Source of the DNA: Chloroflexota bacterium
Lineage (GTDB): Bacteria > Chloroflexota > Dehalococcoidia > JACPPT01
Direction: 5' to 3'
Length of the DNA: 64,000 bases
Assembly (NCBI GenBank): GCA_016190815.1
Contig: JACPPT010000058.1
Location: forward strand, 2,826 to 66,825
Of the stretch, positions 1 to 9,442 are shown piece by piece. Made by a program: the position numbers and the translations under genes. Numbering within the stretch: the first letter of the stretch is position 1; the number at the start of each line of letters is the position of its first letter. A model generated the notes under the pieces. The model made no database searches. It was given only the letters and a program-made list of their open reading frames with translations, and was not told where the DNA came from.

Positions 1-1
1 G

Positions 2-532
2 CCTCAATCAGGGAAGAAGATCTGCCCTGCATGTGCTACTATCAACGAGTCCGCCTCTGCTTATTGTTACAAATGCGGCGCTAAGTTGCCAACAGAGATT
101 CACCCCACGGCCCGAGCGGCTGGAAGTCCCGCAGGCTTTTGGGTGAGGTTCTGGGCCTACTCTATCGACCAGCTAGTCCTGACAATCGTAGGTGTTGGAC
201 TTATTCTGGCCTTTTCAGATGCCAGCGTGGGAGAAATACTGACTGAAACCTCCTGGGTCGATTTCTGGATTAGCATAGTCATTGAGGTGGCCTACTTCAC
301 GGTCGCTGTGGGCACCTGGGGCAAGACCGTGGGCAAGGCTATGCTGGGTTTGAAAATTACAAGAGTTGATGGCTCCGGCCTTACATATGCGCGTAGCTTT
401 GCCAGGTATTTTGCCTACTATCTTTCCCTTCTACCCATTGGCCTTGGATTCATAGCAATAGCCCTCAGCCCGAAGAAGAGGGGATTTCACGATTTCGCTT
501 GCGATACCAAAGTAATCAAAGTGGGGCATTAG
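2..532 (+). CDS. Zinc-ribbon + RDD-domain membrane protein (5' end outside window)
   Basis: The frame is open from nt 2. Upstream of the track's TTG-86 start it reads KKICPACATINESASAYCYKCGAKL (CxxC...CxxC zinc ribbon). Downstream is an RDD-type polytopic region (FWVRFWAYSIDQLVL ... RGFHDFACDTKV). Confidence 0.7.
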   Translation, partial: PQSGKKICPACATINESASAYCYKCGAKLPTEIHPTARAAGSPAGFWVRFWAYSIDQLVLTIVGVGLILAFSDASVGEILTETSWVDFWISIVIEVAYFTVAVGTWGKTVGKAMLGLKITRVDGSGLTYARSFARYFAYYLSLLPIGLGFIAIALSPKKRGFHDFACDTKVIKVGH

Positions 533-544
533 GGAGAGAGTGTC

Positions 545-1435
545 ATGTGGTTTGCAGTTATCTTTATCCTGGCTTTGACGCCTGGCATTTTCTGGATGTG
601 GCAAATCTATCAGAGAGACAAGTACCGACCTGAGCCTAGAGCATTGGTCGCTCGGACGTTCCTCTGGGGGATGGCAATCTCGATTCCCGTTGCAATAGTC
701 GAGAGAATCCTTTACCCCGGTTCCGTTGACACTATCGGCACAGGGCGAGCATCCGCAGTTACAATTGCCTACGTCGCATTTGTTGTTGCAGGGCTATCGG
801 AGGAGCTGGGGAAGTACCTCGTGGTGAAGAAGACAGTCTATGATTCGTCCTATTTCGACGAGCCGATTGACGGTCTTGTATATTCCTCTGCATCAGCATT
901 GGGTTTTGCCTCAATTGAGAATGTCGGCTACCTCTTCACGTTCGGCTGGCAAACTATTCTCGTGCGAGGCCCTGTTTCTACTGTGGCACACGTATTATTT
1001 TCTGCGATGTGGGGTTATGCCCTCGGGCTTAAAAAGGTTGGAACGCCAGGAGCGCGAGCACTGGTGTGGGTGGGTTTAATAGGGTCAATAGCGACTCATG
1101 GCCTGTTTGATTTCCTGCTGTTCTCTCAGAACGTACGCACCCTGTTTGTGGTGCCCTTGTTTGCTGGCGCTGCAATACTATTCCTCGGTATGCTGAAGCA
1201 TGCGCAAAGAATCTCGCCGTTCAGAGAGAAGGTTGGGGAACTACTCATAGCCTGCCCGAGTTGTGGCATGAAGGTTGCACACTACGCAACTTTCTGCACT
1301 GCGTGCGGTTTCCGGCTGATTGAGGTCGAGACAAAAGGCCAGGCTTTATGCAGCAGGTGTGGCGCTTTGGTGAACCGAGAGGTCAATTTCTGCACGTCTT
1401 GCGGTAGTCGAATTAAGAGAAGAGTGGAGCAGTAG
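545..1435 (+). CDS. PrsW-family intramembrane metalloprotease with C-terminal double zinc ribbon
   Basis: Polytopic protein with SEELGKY (EExxK) and HGLFDF (HxxxD) motifs typical of PrsW. The tail has two CxxC...CxxC ribbons (CPSCG..CTACG and CSRCG..CTSCG). Confidence 0.75.
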   Translation: MWFAVIFILALTPGIFWMWQIYQRDKYRPEPRALVARTFLWGMAISIPVAIVERILYPGSVDTIGTGRASAVTIAYVAFVVAGLSEELGKYLVVKKTVYDSSYFDEPIDGLVYSSASALGFASIENVGYLFTFGWQTILVRGPVSTVAHVLFSAMWGYALGLKKVGTPGARALVWVGLIGSIATHGLFDFLLFSQNVRTLFVVPLFAGAAILFLGMLKHAQRISPFREKVGELLIACPSCGMKVAHYATFCTACGFRLIEVETKGQALCSRCGALVNREVNFCTSCGSRIKRRVEQ

Positions 1436-1527
1436 CGTCGTTGAGACCAACAACACAAGGTCAGGGCAGGGGAGACCGTCTGTTCAGATACAGGAATAAG
1501 CTAAATTAAACGTGAAAGGCTGCCTTT

Positions 1528-3525
1528 TTGAGTGCTGAGCAACAAGTAACCGGGGGACACACCAGAAGAAGGCATCTGCTTGTTGCTGCGGGCTTGGGCC
1601 TGGCCTCTTTTGCTGTTTATTTTAGGACCCTTGCCCCTACGGTTTCCCTGGGCGATAGTGCGGAGTTTGCCACTGCGGCTTACTTTCTTGGAATTCCTCA
1701 CCCCACCGGTTACCCCCTCTACATGCTGCTCTCCAAGCTCTTTATAGTTGCCCTTCCCTTTGGAGATGTGGCTTATAGGGTGAATCTGCTTTCTGCCGTC
1801 TTTGCTGCTCTTTCCGTTGGCGTCCTTTACCTCCTCATAATCGCCATGACGTCTCGTCCCTGGGTGGCCGTGGTTTCAGTACTCAGCGTCGCCTTTGCCC
1901 ACAGTTTCTGGAGCAAGGCTGTGGTGGCCGATGTCTACAGTCTCCATGCTTTCTTCATGGTGATGTCTCTACTTGTGGTCTGGCAGTGGAGACAAACGGG
2001 TGAAAAGAAATACCTGTACATTCTGTCTGCAGTTCTTGGCTTGTCTCTAGCCCACCACGGTTTGACCCTTCTTATCATCCCTGCCCTTGTTTACGGTGTC
2101 GTCGCTCTTGGACCCTTCCGGAAGCTCAGACTAGGGCACGCTTTGTTCATGTCAGCAGTTGTCCTTCTGGGCCTTTCCTTCTATCTATACCTGCCCCTTC
2201 GCTATGCTCAGAACCCACCTATGAACTTTGCAGCGATGATAGATGTTGACCTCACCACCTTTAAAGGCTTTACTGGGTTTGTATCAGGCCGGATCTTTCG
2301 CACGGAGCTGACCTCCTTCACCACGGAAACAGTCGGGTCCCAGATGTCCCTGGCCCTGGCATCAGCCTTCGCCGACTATCTGGTGGTGGGAGCATTTTTG
2401 GTGGTCTTTGGTGCTTATGCCCATTACAAAAGGGACCGCCGGGGCTTCCTCTTTCTTCTTCTAGTCTTTCTTCCGAATCTGCTTTTTATATCTGCCTACC
2501 GTATAAGGGACATCTCAGACTACTTTATGTTTGTAGCTCTGCCCCTGAGCGTTTGGCTTGCAGAGGGCATGGGACTCCTCTCCGATGCCCTGGTCGGTTT
2601 CGCAGGTCGCCGCACCGAGACTGGTGGAGAGGCAGGGCGGCCTTTCTCGCTGGTTTTGTTGCTCTTTCTTCCCCTCGCCCTGTTCCTTTATAACTTTGGA
2701 GACGTTGATCGCAGCGGCTATCGGGTTGCCAAGGATTACTGCGATGAAAACCTGAGTGCCGTGCCCAGGGAAGCAGTGATTCTCACCAGATTCCCTGCTA
2801 GCAATCTCTGGTACTGCCACTTAGTGGATGGACTCAGACCAGACGTTACCGTGGTGGACCCAGGCCTTGCCACTTTAAGGGCCAGAGAGTTCTCCGTACC
2901 CCGCGGGGCCAGCACAGAGGAGCATATTGAAATAGTTGCCAGGGCAGAGCTTAGCGTGGTAGACGAGTATGCCAGTCGGCCTCTATTCGTGGTGAAATAT
3001 GACTCCGTTCTCGCAACCCGCTGGGCTTTCGAGGTTTACGGTGAGCTCTATAGGCTTCTTGACAAGGGAATGCCTCTGGTAGAGAGGACCCCGGAGGAGG
3101 CCTCGGAAGTGCGTCTTCCCATTTTCGATGGCTCCCTTCGTCTGGTGAAGGTTAGCCTGGAGCCGAGGGAGGTGAAGGCCGGGGATCTGCTTAGGGTTGT
3201 ATTGAGTTGGCGGGCGACGAAGGTGCCCGAGGTTGACCCATTCCTTACCTTCAGTTTTCGCAGGCGGTATGAGGGTGAGTACCGCTCCATCTCCTCTTCC
3301 TATCAGATGAAACAGGGCTACTACCTTTTGGGGCCAACCCGCTGGCCGGAAGGAAGCGTAGTTGTAGAGTACTATGACCTCCTGGTACTTTATGAGGCTG
3401 AGCCTGGCTCTTATGCTCTGGACCTCACCCTTGTGGGGGATGGGGTTGTTCTGCCCGTAGTAGCGGGTACAAGTGAAAGGGTATCCACTGGAGTTCGGCT
3501 GGGGGAGTTTCGGATCCTCGAATAA
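1528..3525 (+). CDS. DUF2723/TMEM260-like GT-C membrane glycosyltransferase
   Basis: 665 aa with a polytopic N-terminal half containing GDSAEFATAAYFLGIPHPTGYPLY, a signature I associate with DUF2723. TTG start; no in-frame ATG upstream. Confidence 0.65.
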   Translation: MSAEQQVTGGHTRRRHLLVAAGLGLASFAVYFRTLAPTVSLGDSAEFATAAYFLGIPHPTGYPLYMLLSKLFIVALPFGDVAYRVNLLSAVFAALSVGVLYLLIIAMTSRPWVAVVSVLSVAFAHSFWSKAVVADVYSLHAFFMVMSLLVVWQWRQTGEKKYLYILSAVLGLSLAHHGLTLLIIPALVYGVVALGPFRKLRLGHALFMSAVVLLGLSFYLYLPLRYAQNPPMNFAAMIDVDLTTFKGFTGFVSGRIFRTELTSFTTETVGSQMSLALASAFADYLVVGAFLVVFGAYAHYKRDRRGFLFLLLVFLPNLLFISAYRIRDISDYFMFVALPLSVWLAEGMGLLSDALVGFAGRRTETGGEAGRPFSLVLLLFLPLALFLYNFGDVDRSGYRVAKDYCDENLSAVPREAVILTRFPASNLWYCHLVDGLRPDVTVVDPGLATLRAREFSVPRGASTEEHIEIVARAELSVVDEYASRPLFVVKYDSVLATRWAFEVYGELYRLLDKGMPLVERTPEEASEVRLPIFDGSLRLVKVSLEPREVKAGDLLRVVLSWRATKVPEVDPFLTFSFRRRYEGEYRSISSSYQMKQGYYLLGPTRWPEGSVVVEYYDLLVLYEAEPGSYALDLTLVGDGVVLPVVAGTSERVSTGVRLGEFRILE

Positions 3526-3548
3526 GAAGCTCTTGAGGTGAGGTGGCT

Positions 3549-4823
3549 CTAGGGGAGATTTCCCTTAGCTTCTGACCACCAGCCCATGTATTCGCTGTTG
3601 CTGTAACCCATGGGGTCGAGGAGATGCCCTTTGTTTTCTGCATTGAGGACTTTCTCTCTGTTTATTCTAAGGTAGCGGCTTCCCGGAGAGAGGATACCCC
3701 TTTTGACACAATAATCGATGAGCTCCTGAAATCTCCTGTTGAACGAATGCTCCCTTAAGAGCCTTTCATCTACCCGAAAGCCCCGGGAAGCGTGCCCTTG
3801 AGCCTCTTGGAAAAGATGAGAGGCCAACTCGCTACTGTCCAGAACGCCGTTTTCACGGGCTTTTTCCAGAAGTTGCCGGCTCGCAAGGTTGCCCAGGGTT
3901 ATGGTGTGGAGTTCTAGGATCTTGTTTCTGGTCAAGCTGTCAAGGGCAACCTTGGAGAGGTCTCTTATACCCTTTGTTTCCTGGCCTATATTCAAAAAGA
4001 CGGTCATTCTGCCAGGAGTCATAAAATCGTACGTGATGTTTACCGGGAGAAGACGCATGTCGGCCTGCGATGTGGAGACTATACGGTGTAGCCCTTCCCT
4101 TATTCGAGAGAGGGAGCCATCCGGGCTGAGGGTGCCCTCGGGCATCATCATCAGGATGCCACCCCTGTCCAGAATGCGCGCGAAGAGGTCTAGCTGCGCT
4201 TCAATGGCTTCAGTGTGTATGGCTTTGTATTTCTTCAGATATGCTCTGTTTAGCATCAAGAGGCTTTCTTTCCTCTCCAGCAACGCTCGATACCTCCAGC
4301 CCAGGGCTTGGGCCAGCGTGAAATTTGCAGCGCTATTATTTCTGGAGCGTGTTCGGAATCTCTCTATCCACTGAGTGTTGAGGACATGACTTAGCTCTAT
4401 GTTGCCTTCCCTGGCATATACTTCTCTGAGAATCTCGATGACAAGCCTTTCGGGGATGCGGCGCATTGGGTAGGCACTGAAAGCCCTCATTATGCCTGTG
4501 AGGTTGATGGACCAAACCCAGCGGTCAATGGGCCAGGGTGGGTGTGAGTACCAGTGGAGAAAGCCTGCCACAAACAGGTCCTCCCGGGCAACAAAAGTGA
4601 TCTTTCTTCTTTCCTTCAGGCCCTGTCCCAGGTAGAGAGTTGGAGCTATGATGAGAACGTCGGAATCTCTTTTATGGTTTACTGTAATAATGGTTGCTGG
4701 AGAGCGAGTGTAATTCTCCATGCCTCTAACGTTTATGTTGTAGACCATCTTAGTGCCCATCTGGAAAAGAAAGGCCATGAAATCGTAGAACAGGCTTGGG
4801 TCATTAGATTGCTCTGCTTTCAC
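3549..4823 (-). CDS. PlsC/LPLAT-family acyltransferase with long C-terminal extension
   Basis: Hx4D acyltransferase motif (VNHKRDSDV) and PEGTLSPDG block; 424 aa. Confidence 0.6.
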   Translation of the reverse strand: MKAEQSNDPSLFYDFMAFLFQMGTKMVYNINVRGMENYTRSPATIITVNHKRDSDVLIIAPTLYLGQGLKERRKITFVAREDLFVAGFLHWYSHPPWPIDRWVWSINLTGIMRAFSAYPMRRIPERLVIEILREVYAREGNIELSHVLNTQWIERFRTRSRNNSAANFTLAQALGWRYRALLERKESLLMLNRAYLKKYKAIHTEAIEAQLDLFARILDRGGILMMMPEGTLSPDGSLSRIREGLHRIVSTSQADMRLLPVNITYDFMTPGRMTVFLNIGQETKGIRDLSKVALDSLTRNKILELHTITLGNLASRQLLEKARENGVLDSSELASHLFQEAQGHASRGFRVDERLLREHSFNRRFQELIDYCVKRGILSPGSRYLRINREKVLNAENKGHLLDPMGYSNSEYMGWWSEAKGNLP

Positions 4824-4854
4824 AATTCAGCCTCTAGCAAATCTGACTCAGCAA

Positions 4855-4884
4855 TTGAGAATACTATACGAAGGGTATTATAAT
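4855..4884 (+). promoter_or_regulatory. Candidate sigma70-type promoter for ilvD (TTGAGA-18-TATAAT)
   Basis: TTGAGA at 4855-4860 and TATAAT at 4879-4884, about 55 nt upstream of the ilvD ATG, in the divergent intergenic region. Confidence 0.35.
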
Positions 4885-4940
4885 AAGTTTAAACACCAGT
4901 ACAACAGGTTTGAGGATTACCCCTCGGAAAGGCAGGCAAT

Positions 4941-6614
4941 ATGCGTTCTGACCAGATAAAGAAGGGATTTGAGCGGGCTCCCCATCGAGCCTTGCTTAGA
5001 GCGGTGGGGGTGAAGGAAAAGGACTTCGATAAGCCCTTTATAGCGGTGTGCAACTCCTACATAGACATCATTCCCGGCCATGTTCATCTCCAGGAGTACG
5101 GTCGCATTGTCAAGGAGACCATTCGTGAGGCAGGAGGTGTGCCTTTTGAGTTCAACACCATAGGCGTTGATGATGGCATCGCTATGGGGCACATGGGGAT
5201 GAAGTATTCCCTCCCAAGCAGGGAGCTTATAGCCGATTCGGTGGAGACGATGGTGGCGGCCCACTGCTTCGATGGGATGGTCTGCATTCCCAACTGCGAC
5301 AAAATTGTTCCCGGTATGATTATGGCCGCCATGCGGCTTGACATACCGACGATTTTCGTAAGCGGAGGCCCGATGCCTGCTGGAAGGCTCTCTAACGGCA
5401 AGATTATAGACCTGGTGAACGTTTTCGAGGGTGTTGGTGCTTACAAAGCTGGAAGCCTGACCGAGTCTCAACTCAAAGAGCTTGAGGAGAAGGCCTGTCC
5501 CTCGTGCGGCTCGTGCGCCGGGCTTTTCACGGCTAACTCCATGAACTGTCTTACGGAGGCCCTGGGGCTGGCCCTGCCTGGAAATGGCACCGCCCAGGCG
5601 CTCAGCGAAGAGAGACAAGAGCTTCTTATTGAGGCTGCGCGCTTGATAGTAAAACTGGTTGAGATGAATCTAACACCTAGAAAAATAGTAACCCGTGAAG
5701 CCATCGATAATGCCTTTGCCCTGGATATGGCCATGGGAGGTTCGACTAACACGGTGCTCCATACCATCGCTGTTGCCCACGAGGGAGGCATTGATTATCC
5801 CCTGTCTCGTATTAATGAGATGGCAACTAAAGTCCCCAACATATGTAGAGTCTCTCCATCTTCTCAATACCACGTGGAGGACGTTCACAGGGCTGGAGGG
5901 GTGAGTGCCGTCCTCAAGGAGCTGAGCAAGAAGCCGGGTGTAATCGCCCTGGACCAGAGCACGGTTACTACGAGGACACTGGGCGAGAACATTGCCCATG
6001 CCAGGGTTACCGATTACGAGGTCATCCGACCTGTTGGAAAACCGTACAGCCCCAAAGGTGGTCTTGCCATCCTCTATGGGAACCTGGCACCAGGCGGAGC
6101 GGTGATAAAATCGGCGTCTGTTGATCCTGCTATGTGGAGGCACCGAGGGCCGGCCCGGGTTTTCAACTCTCAGGAGGAAGCCTGCTCAGCTATCCTTGAG
6201 GGAGCTGTTGAGGAGGGTAACGTAGTGGTCATACGCTACGAGGGACCCAAAGGCGGGCCTGGGATGCAGGAGATGCTCGCCCCGACAGCCAATATAGTGG
6301 GAATGGGTCTTGGGAGCAAGGTCGCCCTCATAACCGACGGGCGCTTCTCTGGAGGGACGCGGGGGGCTTGTATAGGTCATATCTCACCTGAAGCCGCCGA
6401 TGGAGGCCCAATAGCGACCCTACAGGATGGGGATGTAATCAGCATTGATCTGGAGGCCAATCGTCTGGATGTAGAGCTATCGGACTCTGAGATTAAGGGG
6501 CGGCTTGCCAAGCTCCCGCCTTTCAAATCTAAGGTCAAAAGCTCATACCTGAGGAGGTATGCCAGCATGGTTACCTCGGCCAGCACGGGAGCGGTGCTGA
6601 GAAACTCGGATTGA
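4941..6614 (+). CDS. ilvD: Dihydroxy-acid dehydratase
   Basis: 557 aa, full-length IlvD/Edd family by eye ([29 protein letters not shown]). Confidence 0.95.
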   Translation: MRSDQIKKGFERAPHRALLRAVGVKEKDFDKPFIAVCNSYIDIIPGHVHLQEYGRIVKETIREAGGVPFEFNTIGVDDGIAMGHMGMKYSLPSRELIADSVETMVAAHCFDGMVCIPNCDKIVPGMIMAAMRLDIPTIFVSGGPMPAGRLSNGKIIDLVNVFEGVGAYKAGSLTESQLKELEEKACPSCGSCAGLFTANSMNCLTEALGLALPGNGTAQALSEERQELLIEAARLIVKLVEMNLTPRKIVTREAIDNAFALDMAMGGSTNTVLHTIAVAHEGGIDYPLSRINEMATKVPNICRVSPSSQYHVEDVHRAGGVSAVLKELSKKPGVIALDQSTVTTRTLGENIAHARVTDYEVIRPVGKPYSPKGGLAILYGNLAPGGAVIKSASVDPAMWRHRGPARVFNSQEEACSAILEGAVEEGNVVVIRYEGPKGGPGMQEMLAPTANIVGMGLGSKVALITDGRFSGGTRGACIGHISPEAADGGPIATLQDGDVISIDLEANRLDVELSDSEIKGRLAKLPPFKSKVKSSYLRRYASMVTSASTGAVLRNSD

Positions 6615-6724
6615 AGTTGGCTGTTGACCTCTTTCTTACTCCCTAGCACTTGTGGTATACTAATAGGTCGGGATTGGCTTTCAAAAAGACCATGTCCCAT
6701 ATTTTATGTGTGGAGGTCTATAGA

Positions 6725-6976
6725 ATGGCCTATGTGATTGCTGAGCCGTGCATAGGGGTCAAAGATAAGGCATGTGTGGACGTATGCCCTGTGGATTGCA
6801 TCCACGGCACCGATGAGGACCAGATGCTTTACATAGACCCCGACGAGTGCATAGATTGTGCAGCATGTGAGCCCGTTTGCCCAGTGACTGCCATCTTCGA
6901 GCTATCGGCGCTTCCTGAGAAATGGAAGCACTACACTCAGATAAACGCCGACTACTTTAAAGTCAAGAAAAAGTAG
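6725..6976 (+). CDS. 7Fe-type (3Fe-4S + 4Fe-4S) ferredoxin, FdxA-like
   Basis: MAYVIAEPCIGVKDKACVDVCP plus CIDCAACEPVCP cluster motifs. Start moved to ATG 6725 because homologues begin at M-x-YVI. Confidence 0.85.
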   Translation: MAYVIAEPCIGVKDKACVDVCPVDCIHGTDEDQMLYIDPDECIDCAACEPVCPVTAIFELSALPEKWKHYTQINADYFKVKKK

Positions 6977-7064
6977 GTAATCCCATTTCCTGCTGTACGG
7001 CCCCTGGATTTTCCGATAACCTGTGTTCTGGAAGAAACTGGACATGTGTTCCTAAGGGGGAGCA

Positions 7065-9005
7065 ATGAGAAAAAGCCTGACCCATAAGATTATCTCCGAG
7101 CATTTGGTGTCCGGAGAGATGGTGCCTGGTGAAGAGATAGCCATATCTATAGATCAGACTCTTACCCAAGACGCCACCGGCACGATGGCGTATCTGCAAT
7201 TTGAGGCTATGGGCATACCTCGTGTCAAGACCAAGCTTTCTGTGAGCTATGTCGACCACAATATGCTTCAGACCGGTTTTGAGAACGCCGACGATCATCG
7301 CTTCCTTCAGAGCATAGCAGCCAAGTATGGCATATATTTTTCCAGGCCGGGCAATGGGATATGCCATCAGGTACACCTTGAGAGGTTCGCCATTCCGGGC
7401 CAGACTCTCCTCGGCTCCGATAGCCATACGCCGATGTCTGGTGCCCTGGGGATGCTCGCTATTGGCGCTGGTGGCCTTGATGTGGCTGTGGCCATGGGAG
7501 GTGGTCCGTATTACCTTGCGATGCCCAGAGTTACTTTGGTGCGCCTCAAAGGCAGGCTTCGGCCGTGGGTGTCAGCAAAAGACATTATTCTTGAGCTTTT
7601 AAGACGTCTCACCGTAAAAGGTGGGACAGGGAAGGTTATTGAGTACGGGGGGGATGGTGTGGCTTCCCTTGCAGTGCCCCAGCGGGGAACCATGACCAAC
7701 ATGGGTGCTGAGCTGGGGGCAACCACGTCGATTTTCCCCAGCGACGAGCAGTCCCGAATCTTTATGAGGGCCCAGGGCAGGGTTAAAAACTGGCGTCCCC
7801 TGAGCGCTGACCCGGATGCTAAATATGACGAGGTGGTTGAGATAGACCTTTCCTCCCTTGATCCCCTCATAGCAAAGCCCAGCAATCCTGACAATGTGGT
7901 TCCGCTGAAAGAGGTGGAGGGGATACCTGTGGCCCAGGTGGCGGTGGGGAGTTGCAATAACTCCTCATATGTGGACCTGGCCACGGTTGCCGCAGTGCTC
8001 AAGGGCAAGACCGTTTCTCCCCGGGTTAGCTTGGCGGTTACGCCGGGTTCCAGGCAGGTGTTCACAATGATAGCCAGAAGCGGTGTTTTGACTTCACTGG
8101 TTAGGTCTGGAGCCAGGATACTGGAGTCTTCATGTGGCCCGTGCATCGGAATGGGTCAGGCACCGCCATCGGATGGAGTATCCATTCGGACCTTCAACAG
8201 AAACTTCCCTGGTAGGAGCGGCACACCCAACGATAAGGTCTATCTGGCTAGCCCTGAAGTAGCGGCAGCCTCTGCTCTTACAGGTGTGATCACTGACCCC
8301 AGGAAGTTAGGCGCTCCCGTTGTAATTGAGCAGCCCAAGAGGTACTTGCTGGATGATTCCATGATAATACCACCCTCTCCCGAGCCCGAGAAGGTGGAGA
8401 TAATTCGAGGCCCCAATATCAAGCCTCTACCGATAGCCAGGCCTCCGGAGGATATTATCCGGGGCCAGGTGCTTATCAAGGTGGGCGATAATATCTCTAC
8501 CGACCACATAATGCCAGCCGGGGCAAAGGTACTGCCCCTTCGTTCCAATATACCAGCCATATCCGAGTATGTCTTCACGAGGGTTGATCAAGCTTTTCCG
8601 GAGCGAGCCAAGAAGCTTGGGGGAGGGGTAATAGTTGGAGGCGGAAACTACGGTCAGGGATCGAGTCGTGAACACGCTGCCCTGGCTCCTATGTATTTGG
8701 GAGTGAAGGCCGTTGTCGCCAGGTCCTTTGCCAGAATCCACTGGGCCAACCTTGTGAACTTCGGTATAGTACCCCTGACCTTTGTGAGCGATAAGGACTA
8801 CGAGCGGGTGGAGCAGGGGGACGAGCTGGAGATTCCCGATCTGCACGCTGCCATCCAGAAGAGCAAGCGGTTGAAGGTAAAGAACCTGACCAAGGGATCT
8901 GAGTTCGAGGCTGAACACGCGCTTTCTGAGCGCCAGGTGGGGATTCTTCTTGCTGGCGGTCTCCTTAATTATATCAGGGCCTCGGGCGCTGGGAGATCAG
9001 CCTAG
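7065..9005 (+). CDS. Aconitase-family hydro-lyase (about 650-aa fused LeuC/LeuD-like aconitate hydratase type)
   Basis: 646 aa. Fe-S ligand regions GSCNNSS and SCGPCIGMG; C-terminal swivel domain with GGGNYGQGSSREHA. Confidence 0.8.
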   Translation: MRKSLTHKIISEHLVSGEMVPGEEIAISIDQTLTQDATGTMAYLQFEAMGIPRVKTKLSVSYVDHNMLQTGFENADDHRFLQSIAAKYGIYFSRPGNGICHQVHLERFAIPGQTLLGSDSHTPMSGALGMLAIGAGGLDVAVAMGGGPYYLAMPRVTLVRLKGRLRPWVSAKDIILELLRRLTVKGGTGKVIEYGGDGVASLAVPQRGTMTNMGAELGATTSIFPSDEQSRIFMRAQGRVKNWRPLSADPDAKYDEVVEIDLSSLDPLIAKPSNPDNVVPLKEVEGIPVAQVAVGSCNNSSYVDLATVAAVLKGKTVSPRVSLAVTPGSRQVFTMIARSGVLTSLVRSGARILESSCGPCIGMGQAPPSDGVSIRTFNRNFPGRSGTPNDKVYLASPEVAAASALTGVITDPRKLGAPVVIEQPKRYLLDDSMIIPPSPEPEKVEIIRGPNIKPLPIARPPEDIIRGQVLIKVGDNISTDHIMPAGAKVLPLRSNIPAISEYVFTRVDQAFPERAKKLGGGVIVGGGNYGQGSSREHAALAPMYLGVKAVVARSFARIHWANLVNFGIVPLTFVSDKDYERVEQGDELEIPDLHAAIQKSKRLKVKNLTKGSEFEAEHALSERQVGILLAGGLLNYIRASGAGRSA

Positions 9006-9070
9006 GGGCTTGTTCCTGCCTTGCTATGTGATAACCTCTTAGGGTATGCTAATGGCTTTGCGTATATCTA

Positions 9071-9274
9071 TTATTGAGTTTTCAGCTTTCGCATTATCCC
9101 GGCTAAAAGAGTGTATCTTTTCAGGATAAAGCCTGGTATAACGCCTGATAGATGAACAGCCAGGAACGGCAGAACCGGGGGGTGAAGACCCATCATCCAT
9201 TTCAAGATTGCATAGGGGACCCATGCCAGAACTCCCACGAATATGAGCCAAGTGCCCAGAGTCTCTTTTCGCAC
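9071..9274 (-). CDS. Small hypothetical membrane protein (2 predicted TM)
   Basis: 67-aa ORF with two hydrophobic helices (WLIFVGVLAWVPYAIL; FLAVHLSGVIPGFIL), not antisense to any other gene. No family recognised. Confidence 0.35.
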   Translation of the reverse strand: MRKETLGTWLIFVGVLAWVPYAILKWMMGLHPPVLPFLAVHLSGVIPGFILKRYTLLAGIMRKLKTQ

Positions 9275-9413
9275 CCGCTGATTCCTCCTGCCCCAAATCG
9301 ATAAATTATAGCACGCTTTTTCTTAATGAAAAGGTGAGAGGACTCAGTTTACATACATAAATTTGTTGTTACTTCCCTTAACGTAGTGTTCTCACTGGCT
9401 TCAAGCTGTTGAT

Positions 9414-9442
9414 TTGGACAGAGGCTGAAAAAGGGGTATAAT
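9414..9442 (+). promoter_or_regulatory. Candidate sigma70-type promoter for tldD/pmbA (TTGGAC-17-TATAAT)
   Basis: TTGGAC at 9414-9419, a 17-nt spacer, and TATAAT at 9437-9442 in an AT-rich intergenic region. Confidence 0.4.

Noticed and set aside
4917-6143. Minus-strand ORFs of 233 and 157 aa (4917-5618, 5670-6143)
   Set aside because: They are antisense to ilvD, which is an unambiguous full-length dihydroxy-acid dehydratase.
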